From Octopus vulgaris (taxonomy: Eukaryota): a stretch of DNA of 64,000 bases. Both the position numbers and the translations under genes were made by a program. The DNA lies in contig OX597840.1 of assembly GCA_951406725.2 (NCBI GenBank), positions 31,310,001-31,374,000 on the forward strand, in the 5' to 3' direction. Every line of letters starts with the position of its first letter. Position 1 is the stretch's first letter. Positions 44,656 through 58,139 of the stretch are shown here, in pieces. Below the pieces are notes generated by a model, which was not told the origin of the DNA, did not search any database, and was given only the letters and a program-made list of their open reading frames with translations.

Positions 44656-45114
44656 CAGTTCGAGAAAAACAAAAATATCTTGTTTCCTTTAAACACTAGG
44701 TCACGTCTTTAAAAAAAACCTCGTATGAAAATGCTCACCGTTAACAAATACGCCAGGCAAAATACTTACTGCCATTTTGTTCGTCTTTACGTTGTCTGTT
44801 CAAATTCCGACGTGGTCGATTTAGCATTTCAACCTTTTGTAGTCGGTAAAATAAGTACTAGTTGAATACTGAGATCGATATAATCGATTTATCTCCACCT
44901 ACGAGATTGCTGGCATTGTGCCAAAATATGAAACTATTGTTGCTGTTGTTATTATCATTTACTTTTAACTTGCATGTTTGTTACAATCACTCGCCGAGAC
45001 ACACCCAGCATCCTAGGGCAAGTGAGGGATAAGAGATGTTACAGTGTCACTGAAAGCTTGGGGAGGGGAAGTGGCAGGAGCAGTAGCGAAATATCTTCAT
45101 GTAATACAACACAT

Positions 45115-45565
45115 ACATTTAAATTGATAGGATTTTTCTGAGGATATGGGCAGTACTTATCAACACAATTTTTTTGATTTCTCTGAGACATGGTTCTCCT
45201 GGGATATTATCTAGATGTTTCTGACATCCCTTTCTTATCATGCCAAGGGTATCCACAATAACAGGAAGAGGTCTCGCTTTAAGATGCCACATCTTTTGTA
45301 TTTCAATTTCCTAGTCCTTATATTTACTTAATTTGTCAAATTCCTTTACATATATATTTTTATCAGTGGAAACACATCTATTAGTTTACAAGTATTTTCT
45401 TCCATGCCTTTAATGACTATGTCTGGTAGATTAGTCTGGATTGTTCTGTTGGTGTTGACAGGAAAAATTCGCAAAGCCTAGTGACATTTTTTTACCTTCA
45501 ACGATTGGCTCAGAATGATGTTCATACCAGTATGTATGAGTGCTGATTTTGTAGTGTTTACATTT
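45115..45565 (-). mobile_element. Decayed R4/Dong-like RLE-domain fragment
   Basis: Minus-strand YWYEHHSEP, NLPDIVIK, EFDKLSKYKD*EIEIQKMW, VIVDTLGMI, STAHILRKIL. Confidence 0.75.
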
Positions 45566-45590
45566 TTTCCATACATATATACATATATAT

Positions 45591-45845
45591 AAACATTGAA
45601 TAAAATAGAGTCAACAAGGAGTACGGTTAGACAGCTATTTAATAAATACTACACACGTTTCGATACAGCATAGATCCACATATACACACGATTTAAATTA
45701 AGCAACGGTTTACTTGTATAATGGGATCGAGCTGTATCTCCTCAGGCAATATATATAGTTGCTGTCCCCGTTAGAAAACCTTTGACTGTGTATTGTTTAT
45801 TAAATAGCTATCTAACCGTACTTGACTCTATTTTATTCAATGTTT
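45591..45845 (-). mobile_element. Inverted-repeat-bounded element in (TA)n carrying a hammerhead-like core
   Basis: ~50-bp terminal inverted repeats; minus strand CTGAGGA-gatacagc...gctgtatc-GAAA-cgtg. Confidence 0.65.
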
Positions 45846-47371
45846 ATATATATATATATATATATGAAGGGTGGGTTGGAACAAATGCCGAAATACTATA
45901 TAGTAAGACAAGTTAAAAATTTGATCTACAAGCCCAATAAAATGGAAATAAGGGTACTCTACCCACCAAAGGAGGAGAAAGAAAAGTCATCACCAAGTAA
46001 GAATCAGGGTACCCTTAAGATGTTGTCCGTCTTTTGCAATACGGGAACTCTGAAATGTCTGGGCATTTTCGAGGTAAGAAGTGTCTTGAAACGGCCGCAC
46101 ATCTGGTCTGTAACCATTTAGCCGAAGGTTGACTGCTAACGATCCTTCTAAAAATAATATGCCAGGCGGCGAATTGGCCGAGTCGTCTGAGCGTCGAACA
46201 AAATGCCTCGTGGTATGTGTTTTGATTGTGCTCTCTGATCAAATCTCATCATGATCAATTTTGCTTTTAGTCCTTATTCTCATCCCGTCGTCCACATCCC
46301 CACCAACTTCGTGCTCACCATAATTACAAGAAAACAACGGTTAACATTAATACCCATATCACTCGTCATGATTTACTTATTCTTAAGACGAATGTACTGT
46401 GGGACCAAATCCATGTGTGTGATATACTAGCTCTATGTTTTGCACCACTTGATTCTCCATCTTAAAAACCCGATTTGCACTCCCATATTCCCTGCTCCAT
46501 TGTTTCTTCCACTCATCGGCTAGAGCCTCTAATTACTGCTATGAATGCTTATAGAAGACCTCGCAGTGGGTTTTGAAAAAAAATGTTTTCTTTGTCTCTT
46601 ATTTCGTCGCCTTTTTTATTCATCGGGCAAAGAGGCACTGGTCTTTGTACTGTGCATTATCCTTTCCTTCGCTATTTCCTTGAGCTAATTCATATCAAGC
46701 CTCGTCGTTTGAAAAACAGGAATGCTGATGTTTTCGAAGTCATTTTCTATCTAAATTAATATCTCTTGCACATTTTTCTGCCTTGCAATGTGCAGCTGTA
46801 TCAGTTTAAAGCAACGTTTGATTGTTTTTACTCCTCATTTCTCTCATTTCTCTCATGTCATATTTTATTTTATTCATTGAAGAATGATATTTAGGATGTG
46901 TGATTGCTGATATTATTGAGGCCACTGTTGCACTCATTTTGGCGGGAACCTCAACTTTGTTACTGCAAAGCTATTTTGAACAATTAAGAGCAATTCAAAT
47001 AGTTATTTACCAAAGCAAATGTAGACAGTTATTGTGTCTGAAATACAAGCCTTTCTTCTACTTCAGGTGTTTGGGTCGATAACCCCAAAATCATTCTTTT
47101 GATAAAACCGAAAAATGCCATAGAATAAAGATTACTTTCTTCCCAGAGCGGTCTTAAAAGCAGCAGTCTGCTTCAACATGCAACAGCATTTTCAACGACA
47201 ACAACAACATTTTGGGGGACGGAGATAGTCGATCACATCGACCCCGTGCTTTGCTGGTACTTAATTCATCGACCCCGAAAGGATGAAAGACAAAGTCGAT
47301 CCCGGCGGAATTTGAACTCAGAACGTAGCTCGCCGCCTTAGACAACAACAACAACAACGATGACGACGATG

Positions 47372-47435
<64 letters not shown>

Positions 47436-47766
47436 TAGCAAAAGGGGCTGATAGCTACCTAACTCAGATACCAGGAAACCCAAAAACGGCAGAAATTCAA
47501 AAGATAGTGCTCATGGGAACTGCTCATATCCTACGCAAAATACTTTCTATGTAATCTCAAGGTTTAAAACAAACATAATTTTCGGTTTAAAAAAAAAATA
47601 AATTTTTTTTTTAGACATTCATTAGTACAACACCAACAACTCCCCCCCAAATATATGGCACACTAGGCATAACAACAACATGAACTTCCAACCTGTTGTC
47701 TCTTGAGGTCTCTGTGTGAGACTTGGAGCCAACTTGTACAAATATAAAGCAAAAGTCAAACATAGA
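47436..47766 (+). mobile_element. Extreme 3' end of an R4/Dong-like element inside (TAA)n
   Basis: IPGNPKTAEIQKIVLMGTAHILRKILSM* plus UTR; (TAA)n on both sides. Confidence 0.75.
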
Positions 47767-47793
47767 ATTATAATAATAATAATAATAATAATG

Positions 47794-47850
<57 letters not shown>

Positions 47851-48660
47851 GTGCTCTTTGTTTTTCAAATTTGGGTCTACATTTTTACCATTTTAACTAG
47901 ACAAAATGAGAGGGAATAAACCTCTGCTTAATCACCCTTCCATAGATCTCTAAATTTAAGCATCAAAATTGAAATAACAAAACTTGTAAAATAAGGGACT
48001 TCTATGGGTCCAAAAAGAGCAGTGGACTAATAGAACCGTAAGAGGATCAGATAAAAAGCCTTGTGGGTTGTTATGACTTTTTGCATTTTGATTTCAAATT
48101 CTCCTGATGGGATTCGCTTTTCATTATTCCACCAGTGACAAGATTAATTATTGAGCTGTCAGATAAATTCGTTCGCTTCTGTTTTTTTTGCTTTAAATTT
48201 TGGGACTCTATAGTCATATGTGTGAAATGAAGTAAAATTTATTCAAATTTCTGAAAAGGATAAAGAAAAGTCGAAGAGGAAAAATAGTGCTACAATAAAG
48301 CCTACAAAAAGACACACACAAGATAAAAATATATTTCGTGTTAATTCGAATAACAGCGGAAGAGATTAAAACAAAACAAAATGGTGGTGGCGGAAGGACG
48401 AACGAACTTGTCTGTCAAACCTATACAAGCCAAGAACTAGTACCACATCAGTGAATGTAATCTTCGTTTACATTTTTAGTCAGGAGTCGATGGACTGGCG
48501 GAATCGTTAGAGCGTCGGATATACCTTCTGATATTTATGCCGGTACATCATGTTCTGAGTTATGAATTCTTCTTCTTCTTCTTCCTCTTCTTCTCTTCTT
48601 CTTCTTCTCCCCCTCCTCCTCCTCCTTCTTCTTCTTATTATTATTATTATCATTATTATT

Positions 48661-48870
48661 AAGGCGGCGAGGTGGCTGCATCGTTAGCACGCCGGGTGAA
48701 ATGTTAAACAGCATTTCGCCGCTCTTTACGCTCTGAGTTGAAATTCCGCAGAACTCGACTTTGCCTTTCATCGTTTTGAGGTCGATGTAGTACCAGTCAT
48801 GCATTGGGGTCGATGTAATCGACTGTCTGCTTCCCCTAAATTCCAGGCTTTCTGCCTCTAGTGGCAAGGA
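48661..48870 (+). mobile_element. SINE family B copy (tail type 1)
   Basis: aaggcggcga head directly after (TTA)n. Confidence 0.75.
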
Positions 48871-49200
48871 CTTTTAGTAGTGCCTCTAGTACAAAGTTTT
48901 TGTTGTTAATTAGACTTAGTTCAGCTCTGAGCGAAGCAGGACTACAATCAAAGACATTCCATCCATGACCATCTTGTCTTCGTCTTACTCTACACGGATG
49001 CTCTCACAGCACTCAATGTGATCTCTTCTAAGAGACCGTAGCGATATGATTTTGAGGAAATCTCGTTGTCTTTCCTTTGCAAATCGAGAAACCGCATAGA
49101 AAGTCCCCTCGTCGATTCAATATATTTGCGCATGGCTGTTAAGTGACTGGTCAAAAGGTCGAACTTATGTTCTATTTATCTGACCATCTTATGCTCTCAT

Positions 49201-49805
49201 GAAGGCGCGTGGCTCAGTGGTTAGAGCGTCGAGCTTACGATCGTGAGGTTGTGAGCTCGAATCCCGGACCGGGCTGCGTGTTGTGTTCTTGAGCAAGACA
49301 CTTTATTTCACGTTGCTCCAGTTCACCCAGCTGTAGAAATGAGTTGCGACGTCACAGGTGCCAAGCTGTATCGGCCCCTTTGCCTTTCCCTTGGACAACA
49401 TCGGTGACGTGGAGAGGGGAGGCCGGTATGCATGGGCGACTGCTGGTCTTCCATAAACAACCTTGCCCGGACTTGTGCCTGGGAGAGTAACATTCTAGGT
49501 GCAACGATCGTGAGGTTGTGAGCTCGAATCCCGGACCGGGCTGCGTGTTGTGTTCTTGAGCAAGGCACTTTATTTCACGTTGCTCCAGTTCACTCAGCTG
49601 TAGAAATGAGTTGCGATGTCACAGATGCTAAGCTGTATCGGCCCCTTTGTCTTTCCCTTGGACAACATCGGTGACGTGGAGAGGGGAGGCCGGTATGCAT
49701 GGGCGACTGCTGGTCTTCCATGAAACAACTTTGCCTGGACCTGTGCCTCAGGGGGTAACTCTCTAGGTGCAAACCCATGGTCAGTGTCTGACCGAAGGGG
49801 GTCAC
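49201..49805 (+). mobile_element. tRNA-derived SINE family C with a ~268-bp internal tandem duplication
   Basis: ggcgcgtggctcagtggttagagcg...gctcgaatccc head; body repeated from ~49505. Confidence 0.8.
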
Positions 49806-50012
49806 TAACCACTAATGTTTTCATAGCGCAATAAAGTTCTGGATACTGAGGATGGAGACAGTGAGACATGGTAAGGTCGTTATTGCATTGGATAGACTAC
49901 ATTGCTCTTTGCAATCTGAATTCAAATACCATTGATGTCAATTTTATGCAAAGGTAAAATACTCAACACTTAAAAGTGAATGTTGCGATGGAATACACAA
50001 ATACGGCAATAC

Positions 50013-50560
50013 ATCTATCTATCTAACCGCTCAGTCGAAGTCGACTCTCGGTTACTCGATGGATCAGTGTCCTCCAGTCAGTTCTATCCTGGGCCGCTCC
50101 TTTCAGATTGGCTATGGCCATTCCGGTATCACTCTTGATGGTGTCAAGCAAGCGGGTTCTTGGTCGGCCTCTTCTTCTCTTGCCACTGACTATTCCGGGC
50201 ATGATGTCCTTCTCCAGGGATTTTCTCCACATAATATGACCGAAATATGCCAATCTATGCTTGGTGATCCTAGCTTCTAGCGACATTTTCGGCCTGATCT
50301 GCTTAAGAACTTTTCCATTGGTCAGCCTCTTCCTCTCTTGCCACTGACCATTCCGAGCATGATGTCCTTCTCCAGGGATTTTCTCCGCATAATACGACTG
50401 AAATATGCCAATCTATGCTTGGTGATCCTAGCTTCTAGCGACGTTTTCGGTCTGATCTGCTTAGGAACTTCTCCATTGGTGAGCCTCGCTGTCCATGGAT
50501 TCCCTAAAAGTTTTCTCTTACACCAAAGCTCGAATGCATTAATTCTCTTCTGGTCAATAC
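50013..50560 (-). mobile_element. RTE-clade (BovB-like) LINE 3' fragment with an internal ~160-bp duplication
   Basis: RINAFELWC.RKLL..PWT, LAYFGHIMWR, GKRRRGRPRTR, WRTLIHRVTESRLRL; (TAGA)n tail. Confidence 0.85.
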
Positions 50561-50919
50561 ATACCAAGAGAGAAAAAAAACTCTCACACGGTCATAAGGT
50601 GCATAAAAGCCCATCGTAGCTACCTCACCCACTCAAACTGCCAGATCACGGCATTTCGGCTTGAAAGTTTTCTCTCATGGTGAATATTGCAGTATTTGTG
50701 TGTTACAACACAATTTCCACTTTTAACAGGTGAATATTTTACCTTTGGTTATTAATACTTCCTTTGTCGCTCTACTTATTTTTTTCAGCTTTATCATTTC
50801 GGGTCGATAAAGAAATATTCATGGGGGTCAATCCTTTTCTTTATATATCACCCATTTTTTTCTTTGCCCTCTTTCTTTAACTCTTCGGAAGTATTTCGTA
50901 CATATTCTGTATCACTTGT

Positions 50920-51065
50920 ATCTTCTTCTTCTTCTTCTTCTTCTTCTTCTTCTTCTTCTTCTTCTTCTTCTTCTTCTTCTTCTTCTTCTCCTTCTCCTCC
51001 TCCTCCTCCTCCTCCTCCTTCTTCTTCTTCTTCTTCTTCTTCTTCTCCTTCTTCTTCTTCTTCTT

Positions 51066-51106
<41 letters not shown>

Positions 51107-51134
51107 CCTCCTCCTCCTCCTCCTCCTCCTTCTT

Positions 51135-51176
<42 letters not shown>

Positions 51177-51266
51177 CTTCTCTTTCTTCTTCTTCTTCTT
51201 CTTCTTCTTCTCCTTCTTCTTCTTCTTCTCCTTTTTCTTCTTCTTCTTCTTCTTCTTCTTCTTCTT

Positions 51267-51319
<53 letters not shown>

Positions 51320-51402
51320 CCTCCTCCTCCTCCTTCTACTACTACTACTACTACTCCTTCTCTTTCTTCTTCTTCTTCTTCTTCTTCTTCTCATTCTTCT
51401 TC
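50920..51402. repeat. Compound (TCT)/(CCT)/(ACT) tract
   Basis: Seen directly. Confidence 0.9.
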
Positions 51403-52275
51403 TGAATGTATCAGCAATCTATCTGATTATCCTCTTAATCCAGAATCAATACCTCCTGTGCTTTCGGGTCCGTTGAGCAGCAATTCGACGTCGCTGGTTT
51501 CTGATAGCCGTACGTTTCTCTACATACGCCTATGTGATATCGGCCTCTCTCATATCGGTTATGAATGCTCTGTACCCGATAGTTTTCTTTCTTCCCTTCT
51601 TAATGCTACAAAACGCCGAACCAGAATTCGAGGCGTACAGGTTTCGATTCTGTATAACGGCTTGGTGGCCATTTTTAAATGCAGCGAGCTGGCAGAATCG
51701 TTAGCACCGCGGAAAATGCTTATCGGCATTTCGTCCGTCTTTACGTTTTGGGTTCAAATATCGCCGGAATCAACTTCGCCATTCATATTTTCGGGGTTCG
51801 ATAAAATAGTGCCAGTTGAACACTGGGGTCGCTGTAATCGACTTAGCTGCGCCTCCCCCCCTTCCCGAACATGCTGGCCTTGTGCCAAAATTTGAAACCG
51901 ATATTTATCGTCATTGTCTTTCGACGTTCATCATTTGTAAGATTCATTGCTTTGGTCTTCTGCGCACTGATTCTCAGACCAAATTCTCCCACATTTTGTT
52001 TAGTTCTGATGGGAACCATTGTACGATTTTGTCGTCATCAGCGAGAAAGGCAAAGTCATCAGCATAGACCAGGTCCTTCATTCTCGGCTGTTGTTTCCCT
52101 ATTATTACTCGGTCAGGTGCGTTGCCCTTAGAAGAAAATCTAATGCCAATATGGAGAAGAGGGACGACAGAATGCAGTCTGATCTCGCTCCGTTGGGAAC
52201 GTCGAAGTTTGTTTTCACTGCATCAGTTCGAAGACATCGTCACGGTTTTGAGTAAAGCTCTTTAAAGATATTGAC

Positions 52276-52435
52276 AGACACAGGAGTGACTGTGTGGTAA
52301 GTAGCTAGCTTTCCACCACTCAGTTCCGGGTTCAGTCCCACTGCTTGGCACATTGGGTGTCTTCTACTATGGTCCCGAGCCGACCAAAGTCTTGTGAGAG
52401 GATTTGGTGGAAGAAAGCTGAAACCTTGTCGCATG

Positions 52436-52488
<53 letters not shown>

Positions 52489-52491
52489 ATG

Positions 52492-52545
<54 letters not shown>

Positions 52546-52805
52546 CACACACACCCACATATATATATGTGTGTGTGCGTGTGTGTGTGCATGTGTATTT
52601 GTGTCTGTTTGTCCCCACCACCGCTTGGCAACTGGTGTTGTTATGTTTACATCACCGTAACTTAGCGGTGCGGAAAAAGAGCTTGACAGAATAAGTACCA
52701 CAATCAAACTACGTACTAGGGTCGATTCATTGAACTAAAATTCTTCAAGGCGATGCTCCAGCATGGCCGCAGTCTAATGACTGAAGCATAGAGGACAAAA
52801 GATAA
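52276..52805 (+). mobile_element. Diverged SINE family A copy
   Basis: caggagtgactgtgtggtaag head; tgctccagcatggccgcagtc 3' region. Confidence 0.75.
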
Positions 52806-53448
52806 AGCGTGGACGGTTGTCGCAAGGAATTTCCGCAAAGGGACTCTGTGTGGACACCGTTGCATAATAATTTGTTCATTACGGAGATGTACTTGCATAG
52901 CAAGTGACCTGATCTGAGATCGTGTGCTTGAATGAAAACAATTGCAGCGTAGAAGGTGTTTATAAGGCATTGTTCATTAATATTTCAGAATTTAAAGAAA
53001 AGGTCAGAGCAGGATTGGTTGTTGCGAAATCTAGCCTTGTTCCGTTCGTGGTACAGCGTTCACTCCCCCATAATAATTTGTTCATTACGGAGATGTACTT
53101 GCATAGCAAGTGACCTGATCTAGCCTTGTTCCGTTCGTAGTACAGCGTTCACCTCCACCCCAGTCTCAGGCTGTTTTTAAGTAGGGTATACACCATAAAA
53201 CTAAATGGGTTATACTTGCTACGAATTACATTAAATTTTCGTGTGGGACCGACAGATTCTCTTTGAACTTCTTTACTTAGAATTCCTCTTGTTCTTGATC
53301 AATTCATTTTTTTTACTACCATCCGACATTTTATCAGCACTTCAGCTCCCCCTTCCCAAGGTCTCAAGACGATGATGGTGCTTGTAGCCTCTGACGGATT
53401 TTGTGCTTCTGGAGAAGTTCTCTTCAACTTCTTGTCTCGTCGGTATCT

Positions 53449-53675
53449 TGAGCTGGCAGAAACGTTAGCACGCCGGGCGAAATGCGTAGCCGTATTTCGT
53501 CTGCCGTTACGTTCTGAGTTCAAATTCCGCCGAGGTAGACTTTGCCTTTCATCCTTTCGGGGTCGATTAAATAAAGTACCAGTTACGCACTGGGGTCGAT
53601 GTAATTGACTTAATCCGTTTGTCTGTCCTTTTTTGTCCCCTCTGTGTTTAGCCCCTTGTGGGTAGTAAAGAAATA
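53449..53675 (+). mobile_element. SINE-B tail-type-2 monomer with a ~10-bp TSD
   Basis: ggtatcttga at 53442-53451 and 53676-53685. Confidence 0.85.
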
Positions 53676-53894
53676 GGTATCTTGATCATGTGAAACTGTA
53701 GATGCAGCGATTTCGTTTGCTTTCGCTCTGACAATCATCGGAGCTGTGATTGGCGGCGGTGATCTGAAAGGACAAAACGTCTGTTGTGTTTATAACGGGG
53801 TTTTAGTGATACGAAAGGCACGATGTAAACCTCAATAGTGGCGCTTTATAACTGAATCAGTTGATCCGCCACCAACCAGCATTAGCTATCGTTT

Positions 53895-54436
53895 AATTCA
53901 GGTGGGGCCCAGCTAGAACTTTTTTCTGGTCGAGTAACCCATCTCGCTCAAAAGGTCCCTGAATAAGGGTTGTTTAAGGATGTTAAATGAAACACCCATG
54001 TTTCCAAAGGTGAATTATTCAAACCTCAAAGAATCCCGTTCAACACATGGCTATGATGCTCCCCCACTACTTCTTCTTGTGATCAGAGATGCACATATCT
54101 TCAGCCACTAAGGGACATGCTCAACTGGTTAAGGTCAAACAACTGACAAGCAAATCTGTGGTATTGAGCAGAATATTTACTGTAGCCCATCTTTTATACC
54201 AAGACAACCAGCATTAGCTGCTATCGTTTAATTCAGGTGGGGCCCAGTTAGAATTTTCTTCTGGTCGAGTAACCCATCTCGCTCAAAAGGTCCCTGAATA
54301 AGGGTTGTTTAAGGATGTTTAAAGAAACACCTATGTTTCCAGAGGTGAATTATTCAAACGCCAAAGAATTATACTCACCACATGGCTATGATGCTCCTCC
54401 ACTACTTCTGCTCGTGATCAGAGATGTACATATCGT
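53895..54436. mobile_element. Two tandem partial copies of the ~550-bp element
   Basis: caggtggggcccag...aaaggtccctgaataagg repeated at ~53898 and ~54234. Confidence 0.75.
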
Positions 54437-54474
54437 TTATTCCAAGTTCGAGCCGACCTGTAATCAGAATTGTC

Positions 54475-55608
54475 TTCAAGTACTTTGTCTTTTCATATGA
54501 CAGACCAATGAAATCTTCTGTGCTAAAGACGTGAGGTAGTTCTGTGTCATCTTTATCCACGGAGGCCCTTGATGTTCTTGGTCTTTTCATATGACAGACC
54601 AATGAAATCTTCTGTGCTAAAGACGTGAGGTAGTTCTGTGTCATCTTTATCCACGGAGGCCCTTGATGTTCTTGGTCTTTTCATATGACAGACCAATGAA
54701 ATCTTCTGTGGTAAAGAAGTGGGGTAGTTCTGTCATATATGTCCACGGAGGCCCTTGAAGTTCTTGGTCTTTTCATATGACAGACCAATGAAATCTTCTG
54801 TGCTAAAGACGTGAGGTAGTTCTGTGTCATCTTTATCCACGGAGGCCCTTGATGTTCTTGGTCTTTTCATATGACAGACCAATGAAATCTTCTGTGGTAA
54901 AGAAGTGGGGTAGTTCTGTGTCATATATGTCCACGGAGGCCCTTGAAGTTCTTGGTCTTTTCATATCACAGACCAATGAAATCTTCTGTGGTAAAGAAGT
55001 GGGGTAGTTCTGTGTCATCTTTATACACGGAGGCCCTTGAAGTTCTTGGTCTTTTCATATGACAGAACAATGAAATCTTCTGTGGTAAAGACGTGGGGTA
55101 GTTCTGTGTCATCTATGTCCACGGAGGCCCTTGAAGTTCTTGGTCTTTCATATGGCAGACCAATGAAATCTTCTGTGGTAAAGACGTGGGGCAGTTCTGT
55201 GTCATCTATGTCAGCGGAGACTCTTGAAGTTCTTGGTCTTTTCATATGACAGACCAATGAAATCTTCTGTGGTAAAGACGTGGGGCAGTTCTGTGTCATC
55301 TATGTCCACGGAGGCCCTTGAATTTCTTGGTCTTTTCATATGACAGACCAATGAAATCTTCTGTGGTAAAGACGTGGGGTAGTTCTGTGTCATCTATGTC
55401 CACGGAGGCCCTTGAATTTCTTGGTCTTTTCATATGACAGAACAATGAAATCTTCTGTGGTAAAGACGTGGGGTAGTTCTGTGTCATCTATGTCCACGGA
55501 GGCTCTTGAATTTCTTGGTCTTTCATATGACAGACCAATGAAATCTTCTGTAGTAAAGAAGTGGAGTAGTTCTGTGTCATATATGTCCACGGTGGCCCTT
55601 CAAGTTCT
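54475..55608. repeat. 94-bp minisatellite, ~12 copies
   Basis: catatgacagaccaatgaaatcttctgtg recurs every 92-94 bp. Confidence 0.95.
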
Positions 55609-56009
55609 AAAACCTCATTATCTCGTGTGTGTGCCCGGCCTTGTTTAAGACAAGAGTCTGAGACTAGAAGAGAAACCGAGGAGAGAGATTACTTGTTAAT
55701 GGCAGAAGATCGAACAACCGCTGAAAGCCTACGTCGATAACTCCATAAATTTAGTGACATAACATTCGTTAATCTATAACAATCAGTAACGGATGACTGG
55801 ATTTCACTTTGGTAAAGAATAAGGAAGTCTGTGTGACCATTATTCATTACTCATTAGTCATTTGTAATGATTTCTTATTGAACAGTGGTTGATGAAGAAG
55901 CTTCAGGAAGTTACTGGATATAATTCCGTACCAGGTGTTTCGTGGAGTCGCTATTGAAACAATAATTATAAGCGTATATGACACATATTTGTGGTTATGT
56001 TTGGATTGG

Positions 56010-56396
56010 ACTGGAAGCACTCCGTCGGTTAGGATGACGAGGGTTCCGGTTGATCCGAATCAACGGAACAGCCTGCTCTTGAAATTAACGTGCAAGTGGC
56101 TGAGCACTCCACAGACACGTGTACCCTTAACGTAGTTCTCGGGGATATTCAGCGTGACACAGAGAGTGACAAGGCCGGTCCTTTGAAATACAGGTACAAC
56201 AGAAACAGGAAGAAAGAGTGAGAGAAAGTTGTGGTGAAAGAGGAGTACAGCAGGGATCACCACCATCCCCTGCCGGAGGCTCGTGGAGCTTTTAGGTGTT
56301 TTCGCTCAATAAACACAACGCCCGGTCTGGGAATCGAAACCGCGATCCTACGACCCCGAGTCCGCTGCCCTAACCACTGGGCCATTGCGCCTCCAC
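56010..56396 (-). mobile_element. tRNA-derived SINE family E
   Basis: ggaggcgcaatggcccagtggttagggcagcggactc head; the same head occurs at 59233-59516 and 62400-62577. Confidence 0.8.
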
Positions 56397-56577
56397 TGTG
56401 GTTATGTTGACTATGGATGTGCTTTTCCCTCTTCCTCCACTTTCTCATCGTTCTCTCCATTCTAACAAACATCATCATCACCACCATCATCACCAGCCAC
56501 CCCACATCATCATCATTGTCGTCGTCTTCACCATCATCATCATCATGACTATCATTTTCATGGGTCAATAAAACAAA

Positions 56578-56657
<80 letters not shown>

Positions 56658-56784
56658 CATTATTATTATTATTACCGTTATTATTATTATTATTGTTATT
56701 TTTTTTTCTTCTTCTTTCAAATTTGCTTCCATTTCTTGCCGAGCGGCTTCCCGACTCCTAGGGCAAAGAAACTCATAGTATAAA

Positions 56785-56837
<53 letters not shown>

Positions 56838-56879
56838 GTTATTATTATTAACCTCCTCCTCCTCCTCCTCCACCTCTTC

Positions 56880-56959
<80 letters not shown>

Positions 56960-56972
56960 CATTATTATTATG

Positions 56973-57012
<40 letters not shown>

Positions 57013-57013
<1 letters not shown>

Positions 57014-57211
57014 GGCGGTGCGCTGGCCGAATCGTTACCCCGCCGAGCAGAAACGCTTAGCTCAATTTCGTTCGTCTATACGTTCTGAGTTCGAATTCTG
57101 CCGAGGTCGACTTTTATCCTTTAGGGGTCTTTTAAACAAGTACCACTAATCGACTTAATCCCTTTTCCCCCCAAATTTCAGGCCTCGTAGAAAGGTCAGT
57201 AGAAAGGATTA

Positions 57212-57296
<85 letters not shown>

Positions 57297-57337
57297 CATC
57301 ATCATCGTCATCATCATCATCATCATCATCATCATCG

Positions 57338-57398
<61 letters not shown>

Positions 57399-57403
57399 CA
57401 TCA

Positions 57404-57492
<89 letters not shown>

Positions 57493-57713
57493 TTTATTAA
57501 GGCGGTGAGCTGGGGGAATCGTTAGCACGTTCGGCAAGAAGCTAAGCGGCGTTACGCCCGTCTCAACGTTCTGCGTTCAAATACCGCCGTGGTAGACTTT
57601 GCCTTTCATCCTTTCGAGATCGATAAAATAGGTTTCAATTGAGGACTGGGGTCGATGTAATCGTTTAACTGTCTCCCCCCAAAAAATCTCAGGCTATGTA
57701 CATGTAGTAGAAA
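57013..57713 (+). mobile_element. Two SINE-B (tail type 1) copies separated by (TTA)/(CAT) tracts
   Basis: Heads at ~57013 and ~57499, each directly after (TTA)n. Confidence 0.7.
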
Positions 57714-58097
57714 AGATGCTTCTTCTCCCTCTTCTTCTTCTTCTTCTTCTTCTTCTTCTTCTTCTTCTTCTTCTTCTTCTTCTTCTTCTCTTCTTTTTCT
57801 TCTTCTTCTTGTTCTTCTTCTTGTTCTTCTTGTTCTTCTTCTTCTTTCTCACTCGCTTCCTCCGCTTCTTCCTCCTCTTCGCGCTCCTCCCTTCCTCCAC
57901 CATCTCCTCCCTGTTGTTATTTTCTTGTTGTAGTTGTTGCTGTTAAACTCCTCCTCCTCCATCTCCACTTCCTCCTCCTCCTCCTCACCAGCACCCCCAC
58001 CCCCACTACCACCACCACCAACACCACCTTCATCATTATTTGCACGCTAGGTAATCTTTGCCATTTTGCAAAAATACGCCATGGATTGTTTGATATG

Positions 58098-58139
<42 letters not shown>

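Noticed and set aside
50864-51895. 343-aa Ser/Pro/Thr-rich ORF resembling a mucin
   Set aside because: Made of (TCT)/(CCT)/(ACT) repeats, starts at TTG, has no signal peptide and runs into a SINE-B copy.
52863-53152. Interleaved ~53-bp and ~33-bp direct repeats
   Set aside because: Looks like a local template-switch duplication with no functional signature.
53315-53765. Exon-like unique sequence with a good minus-strand acceptor near 53764
   Set aside because: All three frames stop within ~35 codons and it is interrupted by a SINE; no protein similarity recognised.
54475-55608. Regular arrays (also 7950-9000, 1657-2131) as possible CRISPR arrays
   Set aside because: Whole units repeat with no unique spacers, there are no cas genes, and the context is eukaryotic.
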